Assembly (NCBI GenBank): GCA_004524535.1
Contig: SDNY01000033.1
Location: 1-32,425, forward strand
Length of the DNA stretch: 32,425 nt
Source of the DNA: Promethearchaeota archaeon
GTDB taxonomy: Archaea > Asgardarchaeota > Lokiarchaeia > Sigyniarchaeales > SOKP01
Reading direction: 5' to 3'
In this document: in pieces, positions 25,971 through 32,425 of the stretch
How positions within the stretch are numbered: position 1 is the first letter of the stretch
How the letters are laid out: the number at the start of each line of letters is the position of its first letter
The notes under the pieces: model-generated
Told to the model about the DNA's origin: nothing
The model's database searches: none
Seen by the model: the letters and a program-made list of their open reading frames with translations, nothing else
Translations under genes and position numbers: made by a program

Positions 25971-27287
25971 GTGTTGAAGAATCCCAATGAAAAATATAAT
26001 TTTAATATAGATCAGTTTTATAAGGATTATAAAAAAGGTCCTAAAGTTTTTAAAAATAGAGATGCTTTAGAGCCATCGTTTGTTCCTGATGAATTACCCC
26101 ATCGGAATAAAGAAATTCAAAAGATTGCTGAATTAACCGCATGTGCATTAATGGGTGATGCTCCTCCAAGCTTTTTATGTTATGGTATGACTGGTACTGG
26201 GAAAACTGCTACTATTAGATATGTGAGTCAAAAGTTAGAATATCACACTAAAGAACACAAACCATGGTGGATTTATATCAATTGTAATGTAGTATCAACA
26301 CCTTACCGCATTTTAGCTCATATTTATAATACTATTTCTGGAAGTGAAAAAATACCTCCTACTGGGTTACCAAAGGATGTAATCTTCAAAAAATTGTTAG
26401 GATTATTGGACCAAAAGGTTGGAAATTCTATTTGTTTCCTTGTTTTAGATGAAATTGACAGATTAATTGAAAATAAGAAAGGTGGGAATGAAATTCTTTA
26501 TGATCTTACAAGATTGAATGAGAATTTAGATTATTGTAGAACGAGTTTGATTGGGATTTCTAACAAATTAAAATTCAGAGAAAATTTAGATCCAAGAGTG
26601 TTATCTAGTCTTGGAGAAGAACCCCCTATTGTTTTTAATCCTTATAACGCACCCCAACTTGGGGATATTCTAAAAGACAGAGCTGAAATTGCATTTTATG
26701 ATGGGGTTTTAGAAGAGGGAATTATTCGTTTGTGTGCTGGGTTAGCAGCAGAAGGGGATGGGGACGCAAGAAAAGCGTTACAATTACTACGAAAAGCAGG
26801 AGATTTAGCACAAAGAGCTCAGAAAGACGTAATCAAAAGAGAACACGTTTATGAAGCACAAGATGATCTAGAAAAAGACCATGTCATAGAATTTATACTT
26901 GGAATGCCTTTACAGGCACAATTAACATTAACAGCGATTTATTTATTATCAAAATTTCCTGAATCACCAGAGATCATCATCTCTGGGGATGTTTACGAAG
27001 TTTATGCTGAGCTTTGCGGCATTATTCCAGGAGTTAGAAAATTAACCGAAAGAAGAATTAGCGACTATATTAACGAATTAACCTTAGCCGGTATAATCTC
27101 AGCACCAATAAAATCAATGGGATATCACGGGAGAACAAAAATTATTAGATTAGACATCGATAAGGTGTTTTTAAAAGACATATTATCGAAGATTGACAAA
27201 ATTAAAAATATTTTAAATTATAAACCAATTTTACTTCAATCAAATAAAGTAAAATTAAAAAATAACGTTTTTAAAAGATTAATTTAG
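25971..27287 (+). CDS. cdc6: Orc1/Cdc6 replication initiator
   Basis: FVPDELPHR, GMTGTGKT, YINC, LVLDEID, LDPRVLSSL, GDARKALQLLR, C-terminal WH ending GYHGRTK. Confidence 0.96.
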   Translation: MLKNPNEKYNFNIDQFYKDYKKGPKVFKNRDALEPSFVPDELPHRNKEIQKIAELTACALMGDAPPSFLCYGMTGTGKTATIRYVSQKLEYHTKEHKPWWIYINCNVVSTPYRILAHIYNTISGSEKIPPTGLPKDVIFKKLLGLLDQKVGNSICFLVLDEIDRLIENKKGGNEILYDLTRLNENLDYCRTSLIGISNKLKFRENLDPRVLSSLGEEPPIVFNPYNAPQLGDILKDRAEIAFYDGVLEEGIIRLCAGLAAEGDGDARKALQLLRKAGDLAQRAQKDVIKREHVYEAQDDLEKDHVIEFILGMPLQAQLTLTAIYLLSKFPESPEIIISGDVYEVYAELCGIIPGVRKLTERRISDYINELTLAGIISAPIKSMGYHGRTKIIRLDIDKVFLKDILSKIDKIKNILNYKPILLQSNKVKLKNNVFKRLI

Positions 27288-27961
27288 CTGGAGAACTCCC
27301 ATTCATTAATATTCTCTGCTATATCATTAAGGAATTTAATACAATCCGATTCTTCTTTCAGTAGCAAGAAGATTCTTGCCAAATGTTTACAAAATTTTTT
27401 ATTTATAGCCCTTCTTGTTTCAAAATCGTGACAATTATGATGAATGATTTTATTTTTAGTATCGATTTCGATATTGTAAGATTTCTCCTTTGATCCGGCA
27501 ACGTGAGCCTTAATTAATCCTTTTTTAAAATCAAATATATCAATTTTGAAAGCATCGTTCGATATAGTTGCAGCTCTATTTATGGTTCCCTTATCTAAAA
27601 AAGATTTAAGTAGAGTATTAAAATTAGAGCTTTTCTCGGCTTCAAAATCATCTATTAAGGAATCAAATTTTCTGCTTGAATTTAATTTAGTTAAAATTAT
27701 TTCTTTCCTTTTTAATTGCCACGTTTTTAATTTCTTATATGAATTTTGAGGCAATTGAAGATTGCTATTATCATCCTTTTCCAAGGAATTGCTTTTAATC
27801 GAGCGTTGAAGGAATTCTAATGCTTCTTCGGGAGATAATAGAAAAAGTTCGAAAGAAATTTTATACACTAATTCATTCATAGAAATATTGGGAAGATCTA
27901 TTACTTTCCAAATATATAACAGTAATTCCGAATCATTATTATAAGGTATTTTGAAAATCAT
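27284..27961 (-). CDS. SWIM zinc-finger protein
   Basis: AHVAGSKEKSYNIEID..HNCHDF..KFCKHL. Confidence 0.8.
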   Translation of the reverse strand: MIFKIPYNNDSELLLYIWKVIDLPNISMNELVYKISFELFLLSPEEALEFLQRSIKSNSLEKDDNSNLQLPQNSYKKLKTWQLKRKEIILTKLNSSRKFDSLIDDFEAEKSSNFNTLLKSFLDKGTINRAATISNDAFKIDIFDFKKGLIKAHVAGSKEKSYNIEIDTKNKIIHHNCHDFETRRAINKKFCKHLARIFLLLKEESDCIKFLNDIAENINEWEFSS

Positions 27962-27991
27962 CTAAATATGTTTTTTTATTAATTATGTGTA

Positions 27992-29776
27992 TTATTTATT
28001 CACTTTTTTTAAGTCTAACGGCCCTTTAAATTTAAGCGTATCGAGTTCGAGAATTGATAAAATTCCAGGTGTTGGTTGGATACCGAAGCTTCGCATGAAG
28101 TCTGTTTGGGATTGGAAGCAGCCTGAGTTAACTAAAGCAATATTATTATAATATCCTATACCGTTGATGTGAACATGTCCTGTGTGAAAGATTTCTGGAA
28201 TCTGATCTATTACAAGCCAATCTTTATTAGTTGGGGCTATTTGGGTTTTTTTGCCATAAATTGGAGCTAAATGCCTACATTTTAAGAATTCTTCCATTAT
28301 TTTAACGGGTTTATTTTGTTCCAAATCCGAAATCGATAATGACATATCAAGAATACTATCTCCATGATAAATAAGTGTCTTTACATCATGGGTTTTTACT
28401 ATTGCAGGATTTCCTATACATTTTACACCTATATTAATCAATGCTTCAGCGTACTTTTTTGGTACAGCTGGTCGAGGAATAGCATTCCTTACTGGTTCAT
28501 GATTACCAGAACTGTAAAATATTTTTATGTAATCAGGAATTTCAGAAAGATATTCTGAGGCTTTTTCATATTGCAGATAAATGTCTGAAATAGTGAGATC
28601 TTGTTGTTGATTTGGATAAACACCGATTCCGTCCACTAAATCTCCATTTATAATTAAATATTTTACCCTTCCAGCAATTTCTCGCCAATTATTATTACCA
28701 ATTTTACCACTTAGAAAATTTATAAACCTTTTCCATAGTTTTTCTTCGAATTCTTTACTTCCTATATGAGTATCGGAAATAAAAGCAATTGACAATGGTT
28801 CTGAAGATTTAGTTGTTTCATAATTGACAGGGACGTCTATTCTTAAGACATTATCAGCAAAAAGGATACCTCTTTTACCTGGCTCTCCCGGATTGTAGGT
28901 TCCTTCAACAAGGATCATTTGATCCTTGACAATTTTCTCAGCTATTTTGCGATTTTCAGAATCTTTTCTCACAATAACATTAAGAAGACCTGTTTGATCT
29001 TCAATTGTTATAAAATAATTCCCTTTTTTCGTTTGACGTATTTCATTTACCAAACCGGTTGCTGAAAGATATTGATTTTGAGAATTCCTAAAGATATTGT
29101 TGATTTTAACCACTGACAGAGCTTCGGGCCTCTTTCGCATAAGTTTATAAAGGCGATTAAACTTATCCAACGTTAAATTGTAAAAATCATCATAACTTCC
29201 AGAAGTATATAATTTACCTGTAGGATCGCTTAATATTTTATAATCTGCGTTATATTTTTTTGCTATAGGGTTAAAAGTAAGGGTAGATTTAGCAGCCCCC
29301 GTTGGCCTAATTTCGATTCTATTTGTTTTATCGTCTTGTTTATACGAAAAAGTTTGAGATTCATGATCCTCAGCTTTAATGTAATTATTTTTTTTAATAT
29401 GACTATTGATTACTGAAGAATTTTGAGATAATATTTCTTTTTCATTGATATTTTTCTCAATATTAGCGTTGAAATTTAATTCTTCACCTGATTTTTTCTC
29501 TATCGGAAGAGTCTCTTCTCTAATTAAGATTCTTCTCAATGCTTTTTTAAATTTTTCGTTTGAGATTTTTTTTAAATCTTTTTCAGTTAAATGACTATTA
29601 AATGTGGGTAAAAAACTCATTTCTTTAATAATCAGAGATATTTTGTTTAGAGGATTATCTAGTTTAAGGATTATATCTAACGTTGAAGGTGTTATATTTA
29701 TTCCAGAATTAACCAATTTGTCAATTAAGATTCTTTTTTCTTCTGAATTTCCCGCATTCAATGTTTTTTCATTCAT
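27992..29776 (-). CDS. polB: DNA polymerase D small (proofreading exonuclease) subunit DP1
   Basis: OB fold (GLVNEIRQTKKG..IEDQTG) and phosphoesterase motifs SDTHIGS, GDLVDG, GNHE, HGD, GHVH, NSGCFQSQT. Confidence 0.95.
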   Translation of the reverse strand: MNEKTLNAGNSEEKRILIDKLVNSGINITPSTLDIILKLDNPLNKISLIIKEMSFLPTFNSHLTEKDLKKISNEKFKKALRRILIREETLPIEKKSGEELNFNANIEKNINEKEILSQNSSVINSHIKKNNYIKAEDHESQTFSYKQDDKTNRIEIRPTGAAKSTLTFNPIAKKYNADYKILSDPTGKLYTSGSYDDFYNLTLDKFNRLYKLMRKRPEALSVVKINNIFRNSQNQYLSATGLVNEIRQTKKGNYFITIEDQTGLLNVIVRKDSENRKIAEKIVKDQMILVEGTYNPGEPGKRGILFADNVLRIDVPVNYETTKSSEPLSIAFISDTHIGSKEFEEKLWKRFINFLSGKIGNNNWREIAGRVKYLIINGDLVDGIGVYPNQQQDLTISDIYLQYEKASEYLSEIPDYIKIFYSSGNHEPVRNAIPRPAVPKKYAEALINIGVKCIGNPAIVKTHDVKTLIYHGDSILDMSLSISDLEQNKPVKIMEEFLKCRHLAPIYGKKTQIAPTNKDWLVIDQIPEIFHTGHVHINGIGYYNNIALVNSGCFQSQTDFMRSFGIQPTPGILSILELDTLKFKGPLDLKKVNK

Positions 29777-30019
29777 TTTAGAATTTTATAAAAATTATTG
29801 TTGGATAATAATTATATTGTTTATTATTAAGGGAAAAACATTTTTTTCTTTTTAAGTAAAGAGAGACTGAGTAAAAAGAGAGAGACTCTTTAAATATTAA
29901 TATAAAAAATTTAAATAGTCTATTAATAAATGAATTTAATTTACATCGGATAAATACGAATATTAAACTTTAAATTCTTTTTTTACCCAAAATAGAATTA
30001 TTTTAGGAGTTTTTTATCT

Positions 30020-32425
30020 ATGGTTGTAATGAGCAAGGAGATGGATGAGTATTTTTCTTCACTTCAAAAGGAAGTGAATAAATATTATGAGATAGCAGAA
30101 GAGGCTCGGAAAAAAGGTTTTGATCCGGAAATATATGTAGAATCTCCACAAGCAAAAGATTTAGCTGGTAGAGTTGAAAAATTAATTGGTCCTGAAGGAG
30201 TTGCGAACTTAATAAGAAAATTAAAGAAACAAGGGAAATCTGAGGATGAAATAGTGTTTAAAGTCGTGTCAGAGATCTTGGATGAAAAATTAGGTGCTTT
30301 TGAATCCTTGGAGGATCGTGTTGAGAGAGCTATTAGAGTAGGATTAGCAATAAAGACAATGGGAGTCGTAAGTGCCCCACTTGAAGGGATTTCCAAAATA
30401 TTAATAAGGAAAGATCAACAAGGCAACGAATACTTATCATTATATTTTTCTGGTCCGATTAGAGCTGCTGGTGGAACTACTGCGGCATTAAGTGTTCTTA
30501 TTGCAGATTTTGTAAGAAAAAAGTCAAATATTCCAATATACAAGGCAACTGAAGGAGAAATTGGTAGATTCGTTGAAGAAGTTAAACTTTATGATAGATT
30601 AATACATTTGCAATATCCATCTTCAAACGATGAGATTAGATATGCTGTTAAACATTTACCCGTTGAAATAAATGGGGATTCTACTGAAAATGAAGAGATT
30701 TCAGCATTTAGAGATTTACCTCGAATCGAAACAAACAAAATTCGGGGAGGTGCATGCCTTGTTTTGAATGATGGGATCCTTCTTAAGGCAGCCAAACTTC
30801 ATAAAATCGCGAAAAATATGAGTTTAGAAGGATGGGATTGGTTAATAAAATTAAAGAAAATTGCAATCAAAGAAGAAAAACCGGAAAAAGAAGTAAAAAA
30901 GAGAGAAAACATAGAGGAGGAAAAAAAAATAGCTCCCAACTTTAAATACATTACCGATATTATAGCTGGGAGACCCGTATTTAGTCATCCTTCTAAAATA
31001 GGAGGGCACAGAATAAGATATGGTCGGTCACGAAATACTGGGTTAGCTGCTGCTGGCCTTCATCCAGCAACAATGGCAATTTTAGATGATTTTGTAGCAA
31101 TTGGAACTCAACTTAGAACGGAACGCCCTGGAAAAAGTACCAGTATTACTCCAGTTAATAATATTGAACCTCCAATAGTTAAATTAGACAATGGAGATGT
31201 AATTAAAGTAAAAAATTATAAAGAATCTAAGGAATTATTTTCACAAATTAAGAAAGTTTTATTTTTAGGGGATATTCTTTATGGATTTGGCGAATTTTCT
31301 GAAAATAATCATAGATTAATACCATCAGGGTATGTAGAAGAATGGTGGGCGTTAGATTTAGAAAAGGCAGCTAAGAAACAACAAAAACTAACTGAAAAAA
31401 TTAAAAGTTTTATAGAAAAACCTTTTGAAAACATCCCTTCTGCTAAAGAAGCTATAGAAATTTCTCAAACCTATGATATTCCTCTACATCCTGCTTATAC
31501 TGATTATTGGGGGAATATTTCTAGAGAGGATTTAGAGTTTTTAAGAATTTCATTTTTTAACGCTTATTTGGAATCAGAAAATAAAATAATCTTGGAATAC
31601 GATGATTGTGTTAAAGAAATCTTAGAAAAAGCTTTTATGCTTCATAGATTAAAAGATAACAAAATAATCTTTAGTAAATCAATGAATTATATCTATATCT
31701 CAATATTTAACTTAAAAAATAAAAATCCAGTTGAAATTAAAAAAGAAGAGAATATATTTACTTATTTTTTTAGAGTTTCTAACATAAAAATAAAGGATAA
31801 AGCACCTTATTTTATGGGCTCGCGTATGGGACGTCCCGAAAAATCTGAAAGGAAGAGCATGAAAGGCATTCATACATTGTTTCCTTTAAGCGATAAAGTT
31901 GGGAATTCAAGATTAGTTAAGAAAGCTATCGAAATTGGAAAAATAAATATAGATATCTGTAGGAAAAAATGTCCTAATTGTGGAGCAGTTTCTATATTTA
32001 ATATTTGTTCTAACTGCGGCCAACACACCGAAATTCAAAAGATATGTATAAAATGCAAAAAACTTTACCCTTCAAACAACGAAAATTGTCCCCAATGTGG
32101 TTCACCTTTAAAATTCTCCGACGAGGCCAAATTCAATATTAAGAATCACATTAGAAATATATTAAAATCGTTGAAATTACCTTTTCCAAAAAAATTTAAA
32201 GGAATTTTTGGCTTAACAAATAATTTTAAGGTATCTGAACCGATTGAAAAAGGCATACTTAGAGCGAAAAATAATGTTTTAGTTTATAAAACTGCTGAAA
32301 TAAGATATGACGCTACAGATATCCCTTTAACTCATTTTAAGCCTAGAGAAATTGGAATTTCCGTTAAAAAACTTAAAGAACTTGGATATAAACATGATTT
32401 CAAGGGAGAACCTTTGCAGGAAGAA
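30020..32425 (+). CDS. polC: DNA polymerase D large subunit DP2, 3'-truncated by the window end (absent from the ORF track)
   Basis: ATG at 30020 after AGGAG. MVVMSKEMDEYF..ARKKGFDP, GPIRAAGGT, RYGRSRNTG, GYVEEWW, RMGRPEK, CxxC clusters and RYDATD. Three of these motifs were checked and share the start-codon frame. Confidence 0.96.
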   Translation, partial: MVVMSKEMDEYFSSLQKEVNKYYEIAEEARKKGFDPEIYVESPQAKDLAGRVEKLIGPEGVANLIRKLKKQGKSEDEIVFKVVSEILDEKLGAFESLEDRVERAIRVGLAIKTMGVVSAPLEGISKILIRKDQQGNEYLSLYFSGPIRAAGGTTAALSVLIADFVRKKSNIPIYKATEGEIGRFVEEVKLYDRLIHLQYPSSNDEIRYAVKHLPVEINGDSTENEEISAFRDLPRIETNKIRGGACLVLNDGILLKAAKLHKIAKNMSLEGWDWLIKLKKIAIKEEKPEKEVKKRENIEEEKKIAPNFKYITDIIAGRPVFSHPSKIGGHRIRYGRSRNTGLAAAGLHPATMAILDDFVAIGTQLRTERPGKSTSITPVNNIEPPIVKLDNGDVIKVKNYKESKELFSQIKKVLFLGDILYGFGEFSENNHRLIPSGYVEEWWALDLEKAAKKQQKLTEKIKSFIEKPFENIPSAKEAIEISQTYDIPLHPAYTDYWGNISREDLEFLRISFFNAYLESENKIILEYDDCVKEILEKAFMLHRLKDNKIIFSKSMNYIYISIFNLKNKNPVEIKKEENIFTYFFRVSNIKIKDKAPYFMGSRMGRPEKSERKSMKGIHTLFPLSDKVGNSRLVKKAIEIGKINIDICRKKCPNCGAVSIFNICSNCGQHTEIQKICIKCKKLYPSNNENCPQCGSPLKFSDEAKFNIKNHIRNILKSLKLPFPKKFKGIFGLTNNFKVSEPIEKGILRAKNNVLVYKTAEIRYDATDIPLTHFKPREIGISVKKLKELGYKHDFKGEPLQEE

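Noticed and set aside
1493-30795. Short shadow ORFs (1493, 6169, 6406, 7894, 7914, 8603, 8866, 10701, 14172, 14683, 16255, 16383, 20647, 22964, 23828, 27546, 28364, 29604, 30085, 30589)
   Set aside because: They lie antisense to, or out of frame within, well-supported genes and show no motifs.
22346-32425. Inteins or further introns in rtcB, cdc6, DP1 or the visible part of DP2
   Set aside because: Lengths and motif spacing look normal and the checked frames are continuous; the DP2 3' part lies outside the window and cannot be assessed.

Overview
Very AT-rich, gene-dense archaeal chromosome segment. The gene content (PolD DP1/DP2, Orc1/Cdc6, CarS, pelota, Elf1, RtcB/archease) plus a longin-domain gene and polyproline/WH2-like and BAR-like proteins points to an Asgard archaeon, probably Lokiarchaeia (inference). 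No rRNA, tRNA, CRISPR array or mobile element was seen. The main observation is a longin + winged-helix gene directly upstream of rtcB and archease. It is interrupted by a 30-nt, frame-preserving, stop-containing insertion (21656-21685) that folds into a bulge-helix-bulge motif. Cutting at the canonical archaeal splicing-endonuclease positions restores a 241-aa ORF, so this is a candidate mRNA intron beside its own splicing ligase. Other highlights are an 8-gene operon with a degenerate mini-SMC, a KITE-like protein and an AAA ATPase; an unannotated 50-aa WH2-like peptide; a coiled-coil/polyproline/WH2-like protein next to a BAR-like protein; an AN1-finger rhomboid pseudoprotease; and an ORB-like site upstream of cdc6. 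All family calls come from recognising motifs by eye; no searches were run.
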